Positions 48,498 to 57,396 of a DNA stretch of 64,000 nucleotides are shown one piece after another; within the stretch, counting starts at the first letter, position 1, and the number at the start of each line of letters is the position of its first letter. The stretch comes from an uncultured virus (IMG/VR IMGVR_UViG_3300024505_000864) (Duplodnaviria > Heunggongvirae > Uroviricota > Caudoviricetes). A model generated the notes under the pieces. That model saw nothing but the letters and a program-made list of their open reading frames with translations. It did no database searches and was not told where the DNA came from. The translations under genes were made by a program, and so were the position numbers. Location: IMG/VR virus record IMGVR_UViG_3300024505_000864. One strand, 5' to 3'.

Positions 48498-48749
48498 CGT
48501 TCCGAGTCGGCGTACTTCCGTCCTATTTAATTTTAGCACTTTTGAATAAAATCCTTTCGGAGTTCTAATAGCAATCGGTCTTCTGTTCTTTGATTAACTA
48601 CATCGTCGTTTTTAACGATGTCCATTAGTTCCCACACAGTATCACAACTAAGTTTAACTGCATATTCAGTTGCAGTTAGTTGTGAAGTAGAAAAAGAAAG
48701 AAATGGAACCCATGCTAAAAGCAAAAGTGCTTTAGCCATAGGATGAACG
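48498..48749 (-). ncRNA. Glutamine riboswitch-like aptamer 1 with ~210-nt ORF-containing P2 loop
   Basis: CGUUCA-UCCUAU-[loop]-AUAGGA-CGGAAGUACGCCGACUCG-GAACG. Confidence 0.7.
48533..48739 (-). CDS. 68-aa protein with signal-peptide-like N-terminus, nested in aptamer 1
   Basis: MAKALLLLAWVPFLSFS...LSC...QKC; AUG overlaps the P2 stem. Confidence 0.6.
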   Translation of the reverse strand: MAKALLLLAWVPFLSFSTSQLTATEYAVKLSCDTVWELMDIVKNDDVVNQRTEDRLLLELRKDFIQKC

Positions 48750-48757
48750 ATAATTGC

Positions 48758-48786
48758 AGTATACTACCTACAATATATCTAGTCAA
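48758..48786 (-). promoter_or_regulatory. Sigma70-type promoter of the riboswitch locus
   Basis: TTGACT-N17-TATACT, placing +1 just before aptamer 1. Confidence 0.75.
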
Positions 48787-48802
48787 TTATTTTGTAACAA
48801 AT

Positions 48803-49057
48803 TTATTTTTTCTTTTTATTTTCTTTTACTTGATATCCGTATGTTTTAGGATTTACCGTACCAGAAGTCCAATCAATGCTTTTTACATTTCTATAATTAT
48901 CATAATAATAATCAAAAATTTCTACTCTAGATCCAGATTGCACAATATCATAAACAGGATGTTGAGCATCATCTAGATATGAAACTAAGTATGAATTTCT
49001 AGGTAACTCTTTATTTTTTGCGTAGGTTGGATCGCAATCTCTGTGAATAATGTTCAT
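48803..49057 (-). CDS. Conserved hypothetical protein
   Basis: CDP...LPRNSYLV, YDIV, IFDYYYD, GTVNPK. Confidence 0.7.
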   Translation of the reverse strand: MNIIHRDCDPTYAKNKELPRNSYLVSYLDDAQHPVYDIVQSGSRVEIFDYYYDNYRNVKSIDWTSGTVNPKTYGYQVKENKKKK

Positions 49058-49064
49058 TTAAATT

Positions 49065-49682
49065 TTATCTATTAACTTCCCATGTAATATCAGGATAGGC
49101 TTCAGATACAATTTCTTTTGTAATGTTATACTTAGATTGTAATTTTTTATCTTTAACTAGACACATGATCTCTGCATCCAATGGATGTAAACCTTCTAGC
49201 ATTTGAATAAACATACTTTCACGACGAAGTTTAGGAACTCCTGCATTTCCAGGAACACCATTCTTAGACATTACAAAATTAATTAGTTTTTCATATTCAG
49301 TTCTTAATGTTGTATGTCCTGTTCTAATTTTTTCAGTATAGCTTACAGAAGAACTTTTTTCTACTTCCATTTTTTCAACTTCTTTTCCAATCCTTTCTGA
49401 AATTGATCCAGTTTTTACTAGATCATCAGAAACTGTTCCATATGGAACTTCACCTTCAGGTAACATGGAAATTACATTATCATCAAAATTCCAAATAAAA
49501 ATAGCCTTCAATGAAGGATGTTCATGTTCTTTAAGAATTTGAACTTTTTTTGCATTCGTTCTTTGCTTACTTACCAATTGAAAAACTTCAAAAACAAAAG
49601 GATTATTTGGAAGTTTTTCAATTTTATCTACTGTTGCTTTTGTAGTAGTACTAGTTTTTTTTCTAGTTGTTGTAGAAGTCAT
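49065..49682 (-). CDS. Conserved hypothetical cyanophage protein
   Basis: WNFDD..SMLPEGEVPY, RRESMFIQMLEGLHP.DAE. Confidence 0.75.
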   Translation of the reverse strand: MTSTTTRKKTSTTTKATVDKIEKLPNNPFVFEVFQLVSKQRTNAKKVQILKEHEHPSLKAIFIWNFDDNVISMLPEGEVPYGTVSDDLVKTGSISERIGKEVEKMEVEKSSSVSYTEKIRTGHTTLRTEYEKLINFVMSKNGVPGNAGVPKLRRESMFIQMLEGLHPLDAEIMCLVKDKKLQSKYNITKEIVSEAYPDITWEVNR

Positions 49683-49717
49683 AATTGTTTCAATTCATTT
49701 GTACTATCTAGTCTAAC

Positions 49718-49951
49718 TCAATCGTCATCATCGTCATCATCTTCATTCTCAAAATATCCATTTTCAAATCTTACTGCAAGTATTTCATCTGGCATGACGT
49801 TTCCATTTTCATCAAACATCTCAGGGTGCATGAAAATTCTTTGAGGTTGCGTCTCGTAGGAGTGTGTCTTTGCTAACCAGCCAATTACCGACCCTACACA
49901 TAAAAACAAAATACTAATTAAACAAAAAATAGTGAGTTCTGCTGCTAACAT
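49718..49951 (-). CDS. Small membrane protein with acidic tail
   Basis: TM helix, then HPEMFDENGN..PDEILAVRFE. Confidence 0.7.
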   Translation of the reverse strand: MLAAELTIFCLISILFLCVGSVIGWLAKTHSYETQPQRIFMHPEMFDENGNVMPDEILAVRFENGYFENEDDDDDDD

Positions 49952-50151
49952 CTTTTTTCTCCTGAGATGTTGGTTTTTCTTTTAATAAAGAATTCTATTT
50001 GAAAATTAAATTCCCATCTTAAAATAGAAAATTTTTTTTTCAAACTAAATTTCTTACTTTTATTTTGTTCCCTTTTAGTTTTCTCCCTATGAAGCAGTAG
50101 TTCGACTCCACGATTTCTTTCGTGAATACTATTATTTAGATCTATCATCAA
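49945..50151 (-). CDS. Hypothetical protein
   Basis: NRGVELLL motif; coupled in operon. Confidence 0.5.
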   Translation of the reverse strand: MMIDLNNSIHERNRGVELLLHREKTKREQNKSKKFSLKKKFSILRWEFNFQIEFFIKRKTNISGEKRC

Positions 50152-50399
50152 AGAAGATTATTTTCTTGCAGATATTTAACCGTATCTACACATCCACCAA
50201 GATGCTCAGTATCGTTCATAATAATTTGTGGGAAAGTAGATCCTTGTCCAAATTCTGCATAAAACTCTTCTGCAGTAAAATCTGTACCCAATTCATAACA
50301 AATTACAGGAGTTCCTCTCTTAATACTTAAATCTCCAAGAACCATTTTAATTTTGTCACAGAATGGACATCCAAGTTTTGAATAAATTGTAAAATTCAT
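50148..50399 (-). CDS. nrdC: Glutaredoxin
   Basis: CPFC, STFPQI, GGC. Confidence 0.9.
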   Translation of the reverse strand: MNFTIYSKLGCPFCDKIKMVLGDLSIKRGTPVICYELGTDFTAEEFYAEFGQGSTFPQIIMNDTEHLGGCVDTVKYLQENNLL

Positions 50400-50406
50400 A
50401 GTAATT

Positions 50407-50781
50407 TTAAATTGCTGTATTGTTTTTACGTGGTCTATAAACTCTCAATTCTTGTTTAGAAAGTTGAGTCCTCCATTCTACTATATCACTGTATCTTTGC
50501 AATGTAAAGAACTCCTGTCTGCGAAACCAAGTTTCCCAATTTTCATGTGCTTTAGATCGATTACACTTTTCACATGCACATATAACATTCGTTAAATGAT
50601 CAGTTCCACCTTTAGATTGTGGAATTATATGATCCATTGTTAAATTTTCATCAGATTTACAATAAGCACATTTGTACTCCCATTTTTCTTTAATTGAATT
50701 TTTCCATAATCTTCTAGATTCAGATGTTGAAGAAGTTTCAAGATTATACAAATAATCTTCTGAAGAATTGTAGAGTTGCAT
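50407..50781 (-). CDS. HNH endonuclease-family protein
   Basis: CAYC, DHIIPQSKGG, N...CEKCNRSK. Confidence 0.85.
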   Translation of the reverse strand: MQLYNSSEDYLYNLETSSTSESRRLWKNSIKEKWEYKCAYCKSDENLTMDHIIPQSKGGTDHLTNVICACEKCNRSKAHENWETWFRRQEFFTLQRYSDIVEWRTQLSKQELRVYRPRKNNTAI

Positions 50782-50805
50782 TCTTTATTATAGAACTTGT
50801 AATAT

Positions 50806-51009
50806 CTAGTGAGATTTTTTAGTAGTATTTTTCCTTTTACATGCATCTCTTGCCCAAGCACGAGAAAGACTATTCACATACGAACAGGATGTATTATCTT
50901 TCCCACAATATGGACATTTAGAATCTGGTGGATCTGAAAGATATCCTTCAGGTGTATACATCCTTTTCTTCTTTTGATTCTCTGCTTGTTTTTTCTTTCT
51001 GTGATTCAT
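50806..51009 (-). CDS. Small Cys-containing hypothetical protein
   Basis: CPYCG...C...C. Confidence 0.55.
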   Translation of the reverse strand: MNHRKKKQAENQKKKRMYTPEGYLSDPPDSKCPYCGKDNTSCSYVNSLSRAWARDACKRKNTTKKSH

Positions 51010-51323
51010 ATAATCACAGGTTCCCCTTGACCTTCGGGAAGTTTGATCTGAGATAATTGCCTTCCAAATGCCATAGATTCTTCTATTTCCAGAGATCCAC
51101 CAAAACCACTAGTCTTGTTTACTACAATTTCTGTTGTTGGAAGTGCTTTTGGAATTTCAATATCAATAACATCACTCATCAACATTTTATTTACTCTATA
51201 CTCACGATTTTGTGGATCCATGGAGATCAACATCCTTGCATCTTCCCTAGTACCACAATCTGCAATTTTTTTTCCAGTTCTTTTGTGAAATACTGAAAAA
51301 TACTCTTCGTTATACTTTTTCAT
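51006..51323 (-). CDS. Hypothetical protein
   Basis: 105-aa ORF in operon. Confidence 0.55.
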   Translation of the reverse strand: MKKYNEEYFSVFHKRTGKKIADCGTREDARMLISMDPQNREYRVNKMLMSDVIDIEIPKALPTTEIVVNKTSGFGGSLEIEESMAFGRQLSQIKLPEGQGEPVII

Positions 51324-51432
51324 TTTTTAAAATCTTTTGATTACTATAGGTTTTTATGGGAATCCTGTAAAGTCCAGGCCAAGTATCACGGATAATTTCT
51401 GAAAGTTTATTCGGTGTAGTAGATGATATCAT
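51310..51432 (-). CDS. Small hypothetical protein (40 aa)
   Basis: Read by hand: MISSTTPNKLSEIIRDTWPGLYR...; overlaps both neighbours. Confidence 0.5.
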   Translation of the reverse strand: MISSTTPNKLSEIIRDTWPGLYRIPIKTYSNQKILKNEKV

Positions 51433-51983
51433 ACTAATATAAAATTAGACTTACGTTGTTGAGATAATAGCATTAGAATTTTAGGATCTTTTGCACTCTT
51501 TTTTACAGATTCATAATAATCATAATATCCATTATGGAGAATAATTGCATCTTTCAATGATCCAGTTTGGTTTTGCAAACGTCGAAGTTTACTTGACAAT
51601 AACCAAACTGTTACTTCATCGTCATCCAATAGTTCTTTTTTTGGAGGAAGTCCTTGTATTACCAATTCATTTATCCCCAATTGTGCAACTCCAAAAGTTT
51701 TTAAATCTACTGGTTTGCGGTGAATAATCTCTTCATAAAGAATTGCAGAAATTACATTTTCTGGAATATTAAATTGTTTACTAGAAACTTTAATGTATGG
51801 AATTAGAGTTTCTAGTTTCCTATAAGCAAATTCTCTAGTCACAGGGACATTTGATACAACCTTACTAATCACTGTTGGAGTGATTGTTCGGTCTTTTACT
51901 CCATAATTACTAAGAGTTTTATTTTGACTCTTAATTGGAATAAAAGAAAAAATTATAATACTCAATAAAAAAAGTCTTTTCAT
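51429..51983 (-). CDS. Secreted protein, possibly lytic transglycosylase-like
   Basis: Signal peptide; AILYEE, GVAQL, LHNG resemble SLT motifs. Confidence 0.45.
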   Translation of the reverse strand: MKRLFLLSIIIFSFIPIKSQNKTLSNYGVKDRTITPTVISKVVSNVPVTREFAYRKLETLIPYIKVSSKQFNIPENVISAILYEEIIHRKPVDLKTFGVAQLGINELVIQGLPPKKELLDDDEVTVWLLSSKLRRLQNQTGSLKDAIILHNGYYDYYESVKKSAKDPKILMLLSQQRKSNFILV

Positions 51984-52054
51984 AAATCTTGAAGTATGGA
52001 CAGTATGAACATAAAAATTCCGAAGAGTTGAAATAGGACTAAGATGAGTAACAT
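51980..52054 (-). CDS. 24-aa hydrophobic peptide
   Basis: MLLILVLFQLFGIFMFILSILQDL; ATGA overlap with next gene. Confidence 0.35.
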   Translation of the reverse strand: MLLILVLFQLFGIFMFILSILQDL

Positions 52055-52080
52055 TTTAATCTTTTACTAGTAATTTGAAT

Positions 52081-53115
52081 TTATCTAACGTGATGTCCAC
52101 CGAACATATATCTCATACCATTAAGGATTTTAGATCCGAATGAACCGAGATTTCGAGAGTTAAATCTTTCAAATAGTGCCGTGGTAATAACAGGAGCAGG
52201 AACTCCAAGATCGACAGCAGCAGAAACAGTCCAACGTCCCTCACCACTATCAGATACCCCACCAGAGAACTTTTTAAGATCACCATCCTTGCGTAGTACA
52301 TCCGCAGTAAGATCAAGTAACCAAGAACCAACTACACTACCACGACGCCATAATTCAGCAACCTCTGCAACATTGATATCATAACAGTAACTTTCAGGAT
52401 CTGCCATAGGTGCAACTTCAGCATCACCTTCTTTAATGTATTGAGATCCATTATTTGCATTCTTGAGAATATTGAATCCTTCGGCATATGCCTGCATCAT
52501 TCCATATTCAATACCATTATGCACCATCTTCACAAAATGACCTGCACCAGGTCCACCACAATGCAACCAACCATATTCTGCAGAAGTTAGATCAGATGTT
52601 GGATCTGTTCTATGGCAGGAGTGAATGTCTGGGGAGAGTGCAGAGAATATTTTTGAACAAGTGGAGACCGCAGTATTTCCACCACCAACCATAAGACAGT
52701 ATCCACGATCCAAACCGTAAACACCACCGCTAGTACCACAATCAATATATTGGATGCCCAGTTTTGCCAGACGTTCTGCTCTTTTCCGACTGTCTTTAAA
52801 ATTGCTATTGCCATGATCAATAATAATATCTCCTTCACTACAATATCGTAGTAACTCATTGATCGTCTCCTCTACAGTTTCAGCAGGCACAACCATCATA
52901 AAAATTCCTGGTTGAGTTTCACCCTTTTTATTTTGTTTAACTACTTTAACAAGGTTTTCAATATCATCTACAATTCCATTAACATATCCTTTTTCAAATG
53001 CTTCTTGTGCTTTTTCATAATTCCTACGATAACCCCAGACTTCGATATCTGCTTTCATCATACGACGGGACATTCCTTCCCCCATCCGACCAAGACCAAT
53101 TAATCCTACTTTCAT
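52081..53115 (-). CDS. gnd: 6-phosphogluconate dehydrogenase (short form)
   Basis: GLGRMG, DHGNS, DCGTSGG, GHFVKMVHNGIEY, SGEGRWT, FGGH. Confidence 0.95.
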   Translation of the reverse strand: MKVGLIGLGRMGEGMSRRMMKADIEVWGYRRNYEKAQEAFEKGYVNGIVDDIENLVKVVKQNKKGETQPGIFMMVVPAETVEETINELLRYCSEGDIIIDHGNSNFKDSRKRAERLAKLGIQYIDCGTSGGVYGLDRGYCLMVGGGNTAVSTCSKIFSALSPDIHSCHRTDPTSDLTSAEYGWLHCGGPGAGHFVKMVHNGIEYGMMQAYAEGFNILKNANNGSQYIKEGDAEVAPMADPESYCYDINVAEVAELWRRGSVVGSWLLDLTADVLRKDGDLKKFSGGVSDSGEGRWTVSAAVDLGVPAPVITTALFERFNSRNLGSFGSKILNGMRYMFGGHHVR

Positions 53116-53322
53116 TTAATCCTCCCAAGTTTCGTATTGTTCTTTAAAATAAGCATCAACTTTTTTTAAATCGTCTAAATGAATATTACAAACATAATCA
53201 TTCTCATCGCACCATTCTAATGCAAATGCATGTATTCTTTCATCACTTTTTGTTTTATTAACACCATAAATTCTAGAGAAAGATGACATTACAAAATGCC
53301 AACATTGATGTTTCTCTTTCAT
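53116..53322 (-). CDS. Hypothetical protein
   Basis: 68-aa ORF between talC and gnd. Confidence 0.6.
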   Translation of the reverse strand: MKEKHQCWHFVMSSFSRIYGVNKTKSDERIHAFALEWCDENDYVCNIHLDDLKKVDAYFKEQYETWED

Positions 53323-53331
53323 TTTTCCTTT

Positions 53332-53991
53332 TTACTTTTTACTTTTAAGAACTTTTTCCCAATCATTCTGGAAAAGTTCCAGACCCTTATCAGTCATAAT
53401 GTTCTTATACATTCCCCAGAATACAACTGGTGGAATAGTAACTACATCAGCACCAGAAAGAGCAGATTGTTCTACTTGCCTTACGTCACGAAGAGATGCA
53501 GCAAGGATTTGTGTTGATGTACCTGAATAATCAAATGCATTACGAATATTTTTAATCAACTCAATCCCATCAATTGAATTATCCATCCAACGACCTACGA
53601 AAGGTGAGATGAATGTTGCCCCTGCTTTAGACGCAAGAATTGCCTGAGCAACTGAGAATACTAATGTTACGTTAGTTTGAATTCCCTTATCAGAAAGGAA
53701 TTTACAAGCTTTAAGACCCTCTACTGTGCAAGGAACTTTAATTGTAACTGCAGGTGCAATTGTGTAATATTTTTGTGCCTCAGAAAGCATTTCTTCTGCA
53801 GTATCTGCGACAACTTCTGCGGAAATGCTCTGTAAGTTTGAAAAGTCTGTTGCAATCTCGTGGATGACCTGTAAAAGTTGTCTTCCACTTTTAAGAATTA
53901 ATGATGGATTTGTGGTAACACCATCTAATAATCCTGTTTCATATGCAGGTTTAATTAAGGAAACATCTGCAGTATCTAAAAATATCTTCAT
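53332..53991 (-). CDS. talC: Transaldolase (TalC/FSA type)
   Basis: FLDTA, GVTTNPSL, IKVP, NVTLVFS, SPFVGR, LAASLR. Confidence 0.95.
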   Translation of the reverse strand: MKIFLDTADVSLIKPAYETGLLDGVTTNPSLILKSGRQLLQVIHEIATDFSNLQSISAEVVADTAEEMLSEAQKYYTIAPAVTIKVPCTVEGLKACKFLSDKGIQTNVTLVFSVAQAILASKAGATFISPFVGRWMDNSIDGIELIKNIRNAFDYSGTSTQILAASLRDVRQVEQSALSGADVVTIPPVVFWGMYKNIMTDKGLELFQNDWEKVLKSKK

Positions 53992-54066
53992 AAAAAAAGA
54001 AAGAACTTATAACTAATTATAATAAATTTTATCTAGGTTTTTATGAATTGTTATGAATTAAATATA

Positions 54067-54627
54067 TTACAATCTTTTTAGATTTTCTACTAACAATTCC
54101 AGTTCTTGTAGAGATGCGTCGTTTTTAAGTGTGTTTGCTCTATTACTGATGACCCATACATTGCCTTTTATGTATCCCTTTTCTGGAATGATTTTATCCA
54201 ATGAAGGACTATTTGGATGATATCCTTTCTTTGGTTGTATCTCAATAGGAATACCAAGCAAAGGGCAAGTTTCTGGAATGACTATATCAGTAAGTTCAAG
54301 ATTAAATGGAATATTATTTTGTTTTGCCCTACTCTTTGCTCTTGTTAACATCCTATATTCAACTGACTTTGATACTGCGTTTGGGTCAAATCTTTTTTTA
54401 TTTGTCTCAACAGATCTTTCAGTTCTTAAACATCCACAAGATTGAGTTTTACCACTCAATAAACACTCCCTTCTTGTAGATTTGGTTTTACCACCACAAG
54501 AACAAGAACACTCACATAAAATATATTTTGGACCAGAACGATATTCATTTTCAACAGTCAATCTTCCAAAAGTTTTTCCAATTAAACCACCACACGGAAT
54601 TGATTTTTTATTTAAAGTCATACTCAT
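54067..54627 (-). CDS. Putative free-standing homing endonuclease (HNH-like)
   Basis: GKTFGRLTV...CSCSCG...SCGC DNA-binding N-terminus; CPLLG, SLDKIIP.KGY.KGNV..IS.RAN; own TATAAATA. Confidence 0.75.
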   Translation of the reverse strand: MSMTLNKKSIPCGGLIGKTFGRLTVENEYRSGPKYILCECSCSCGGKTKSTRRECLLSGKTQSCGCLRTERSVETNKKRFDPNAVSKSVEYRMLTRAKSRAKQNNIPFNLELTDIVIPETCPLLGIPIEIQPKKGYHPNSPSLDKIIPEKGYIKGNVWVISNRANTLKNDASLQELELLVENLKRL

Positions 54628-54679
54628 TAACTACTCTATTATTATTTATATAATACCATAGTTAGGGTCATAAGTCAAT

Positions 54680-54702
54680 AAAAAAGACCCCGAAGGGTCT
54701 TT
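54680..54702 (-). terminator. psbD terminator
   Basis: AAAGACCC-TTCG-GGGTCTTTTTT. Confidence 0.85.
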
Positions 54703-54729
54703 GCGTTTCCGCAGGGTATTATATTTTTA

Positions 54730-55791
54730 TCACAAGGCATTGCCTCGTGGTAATACCTCTTCGGGTAGCACAAAATTTTCATGTGGTTGGTCTACTGGAG
54801 CCATCCAGGCACGCAAGCCTTCGTTTAATAATATATTTTTTGTGTAAAATGTCTCAAATTCGGGATCTTCAGCAGCACGAATCTCCTGAGAGACAAAATC
54901 GTAAGCACGAAGGTTAAGGGCAAGACCAATAATACCGATACTGGAGGTCCAGAGACCCATAACAGGCACAAACAACATAAAGAAATGAAGCCAACGCTTG
55001 TTACTAAAAGCAATACCAAAAATCTGAGACCAGAATCTATTAGCAGTGACCATCGAGTAGGTCTCTTCTTCCTGTGTAGGTTCAAATGCTTTGAATGTAT
55101 TTGATTGATCACTGTCTTCATAAAGTGTATTTTCTACTGTTGCTCCATGAATTGCACAGAGCAGTGCTCCACCAAGAATACCAGCAACTCCCATCATATG
55201 GAAAGGGTTGAGGGTCCAGTTATGGAAACCTTGAAGGAACAAAAGGAACCTGAAGATTGCTGCCACCCCAAATGATGGAGCAAAGAACCAACTGGATTGA
55301 CCCAGTGGGTACATCAGAAACACAGAAACGAATACTGCAATAGGACCAGAGAATGCGATTGCATTATAAGGACGGATACCCACTAGACGGGAAATCTCAA
55401 ACTGACGAAGCATGAAACCGATCAGACTAAAGGCCCCGTGGAGTGCCACAAAAGTCCAGAGTCCCCCAAGTTGGAACCACCTGACGATATCCCCTTGAGC
55501 CTCAGGACCCCAAAGTAGAAGAAGAGAATGACCCATAGAATCTGCAGGCGTTGACACAGCTGCTGTTAGCACATTACAACCTTCTAAAAAACTTGAAGCA
55601 ATACCGTGTGTATACCACGATGTCGTAAATGTAATGCCAGTCAACCAACCACCAAGAGCAAGATAGGCACAAGGTATAAAAAGTAATCCAGACCATCCAA
55701 TAAACACAAACCTATCTCGTTTCAACCAATCATCAACTAGGTCAAATAAACCTCGTCGTTGATTTTGTAAAGAAATTGTAGATGAAACCAT
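54730..55791 (-). CDS. psbD: Photosystem II D2 protein
   Basis: [16 protein letters not shown]...[10 protein letters not shown]; start at MVSS after GGAGG (353 aa). Confidence 0.98.
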   Translation of the reverse strand: MVSSTISLQNQRRGLFDLVDDWLKRDRFVFIGWSGLLFIPCAYLALGGWLTGITFTTSWYTHGIASSFLEGCNVLTAAVSTPADSMGHSLLLLWGPEAQGDIVRWFQLGGLWTFVALHGAFSLIGFMLRQFEISRLVGIRPYNAIAFSGPIAVFVSVFLMYPLGQSSWFFAPSFGVAAIFRFLLFLQGFHNWTLNPFHMMGVAGILGGALLCAIHGATVENTLYEDSDQSNTFKAFEPTQEEETYSMVTANRFWSQIFGIAFSNKRWLHFFMLFVPVMGLWTSSIGIIGLALNLRAYDFVSQEIRAAEDPEFETFYTKNILLNEGLRAWMAPVDQPHENFVLPEEVLPRGNAL

Positions 55792-55819
55792 CAAACCTCC
55801 GTAATGATTTGTAATATTT

Positions 55820-55848
55820 ATTTTATCACTTCTTAACAAAAGGGGCAA
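55820..55848 (-). promoter_or_regulatory. psbD promoter (sigma70-like plus late-type AAATAAATA)
   Basis: TTGCCC-N17-TAAAAT. Confidence 0.5.
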
Positions 55849-55857
55849 TAGAGATTT

Positions 55858-56496
55858 CTACTTACTCTTCTTTTTCATAGGAGTATCTGGGTCAAGTCCT
55901 CTTTCTATTCTATATTGTCTCCATCTTTCCTTTGCTCTTTCACTACATTTATTTTTACCTTCTTCTGTTTTAGGTCCTTGGACTTCTGGTTTTTTTCTAT
56001 TTCCTTCATCCCAAGATTTCTTACAACCTTCACTTAATTTTTTCTTATGTTCTTCTGTTTTTGGAGCATAAGAAGCACCAGGAATAAATGTCCCTTCTTG
56101 GAACTTTCTTTTTAGAGTTTCACTTCTTTTCTTATTACTTTCTTCTGTTTGAGGAACACCAGTTTTTGTTTTCCTCATCTTTTCAACTGCTTCTGGTTTT
56201 TTAGGTTTTCCTAAATGAAGCAATCTTAATTTTTCCTTACTTTCTTCACTCATAGGTCCTCTATTTTCTCTTCCCCTTTCTTGTCCCAACTTCATAAGAA
56301 GAGAAATAACTTCTTCTTTACCTATCATACCAGATAGACCCATCCAAGCAATTCTATCCTCCTCCTTTCCATATTGTTCCCACAATTTTTTATGTGCCTC
56401 TGCGTGTTCCTCAATAGTCATTTCAACAAGATTAGAAGGGTCATCAGTTCCTCCCATATGTCTTGGAATAATATGATGCTTGTGAGTAAGGGTCAT
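55858..56496 (-). CDS. Free-standing HNH homing endonuclease with NUMOD3-like repeats
   Basis: HKHHIIPRHMGGTDDPSNLV...EHAEAH; MSEESKEKLR, QTEESNKKRS; TATAAATA upstream. Confidence 0.85.
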   Translation of the reverse strand: MTLTHKHHIIPRHMGGTDDPSNLVEMTIEEHAEAHKKLWEQYGKEEDRIAWMGLSGMIGKEEVISLLMKLGQERGRENRGPMSEESKEKLRLLHLGKPKKPEAVEKMRKTKTGVPQTEESNKKRSETLKRKFQEGTFIPGASYAPKTEEHKKKLSEGCKKSWDEGNRKKPEVQGPKTEEGKNKCSERAKERWRQYRIERGLDPDTPMKKKSK

Positions 56497-56571
56497 ATCA
56501 AGTATGTTTAACTAATACTATTTATACCAGTAGGTATACTAACAGGTATAAATGTTAAGAAATGCTGATAC

Positions 56572-56595
56572 AAAAAAGAGACCTTCACAGGTCTC
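56572..56595 (-). terminator. Terminator nearly identical to the psbA terminator
   Basis: GAGACCTG-TGA-AGGTCTCTTTTTT. Confidence 0.75.
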
Positions 56596-56603
56596 CTCTT
56601 TAC

Positions 56604-56810
56604 TCATTTTCTAAAAAGTCGTTCAAGTTTTTCTTTGTTCTTGAAGAGTTCATAAGATTTGATTTGCTCTCCATAATACTTGCTGATATGCCTACACAAA
56701 TCTTCTTCTTGTTTAGTAATATCCAGATTATGTTTGTCTTTCAAGATAAGGATAGTTTCAATATCTTTGAGAGTACTATATGGAATATTCAAAAATTCTT
56801 CGTAAGTCAT
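56604..56810 (-). CDS. Hypothetical protein
   Basis: 68-aa ORF in the early cassette. Confidence 0.55.
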   Translation of the reverse strand: MTYEEFLNIPYSTLKDIETILILKDKHNLDITKQEEDLCRHISKYYGEQIKSYELFKNKEKLERLFRK

Positions 56811-56953
56811 TTTCTAATCACAGCAATTACTTTACGGTTTGGATACTTCTCTACAATTATATCACGAGCACTCTCATAATCAATAGCATCCTTTACGGTT
56901 TCATAATACACAGTTTTATCTGCGTCATCCCAAGTTTGAACTTCGTAAGTCAT
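56807..56953 (-). CDS. Small hypothetical protein (48 aa)
   Basis: Read by hand: MTYEVQTWDDADKTVYYETVKDAIDYESARDIIVEKYPNRKVIAVIRK. Confidence 0.6.
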   Translation of the reverse strand: MTYEVQTWDDADKTVYYETVKDAIDYESARDIIVEKYPNRKVIAVIRK

Positions 56954-56956
56954 TCT

Positions 56957-57157
56957 TTATTCACCATCAAGAGTTCCTCTATCGTATCCAATATCTTCAC
57001 CAACATCATATCCGTCACTATAACCTTCTTCGTAAAGTGCTCGGGCAAACTTCACAAAGGCATCAAAGTTTCCAGAATACTCCCAACCATCATTCTCATC
57101 CCAATCTTCTTCAAAGTGTTCTTTTACAAGTTTGAGGATTTCTTCATCTAAAATCAT
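56957..57157 (-). CDS. Acidic hypothetical protein
   Basis: FARALYEEGYSDGY motif. Confidence 0.6.
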   Translation of the reverse strand: MILDEEILKLVKEHFEEDWDENDGWEYSGNFDAFVKFARALYEEGYSDGYDVGEDIGYDRGTLDGE

Positions 57158-57396
57158 TAGAGTGCCTCCAGTTCAGTAGCAATACTCAAAATTGCCTCAC
57201 GAATTTCGTCATTACGACCTTCCATTCCTGCGTCGTATTCTTTGTCCCCATAAAAACACCTATAATCGTCGGGGGCAACATTATCAGCAAGAACACGAAG
57301 GGCAGAGGCAAATCCATCACGAATTCTTCCTCCGTGAGAAAATACTTCATCAGCAGCATCTATGATTGCTTGTGCTTTGGGAGAAAGGTCAGTCAT
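57157..57396 (-). CDS. Hypothetical protein
   Basis: MTDLSPKAQAIIDA...ALRVLAD...IATELE. Confidence 0.6.
   Translation of the reverse strand: MTDLSPKAQAIIDAADEVFSHGGRIRDGFASALRVLADNVAPDDYRCFYGDKEYDAGMEGRNDEIREAILSIATELEAL

Noticed and set aside
48787..48810. NtcA box upstream of the riboswitch promoter
   Set aside because: Only a half-site (GTAACA) is present; no GTA-N8-TAC
55792..55848. 19-aa N-terminal extension of D2 (likewise the extensions on gp32, gp48, cp12 and phoH)
   Set aside because: Artefacts of upstream start choice; RBS and/or family N-termini point to the downstream ATGs
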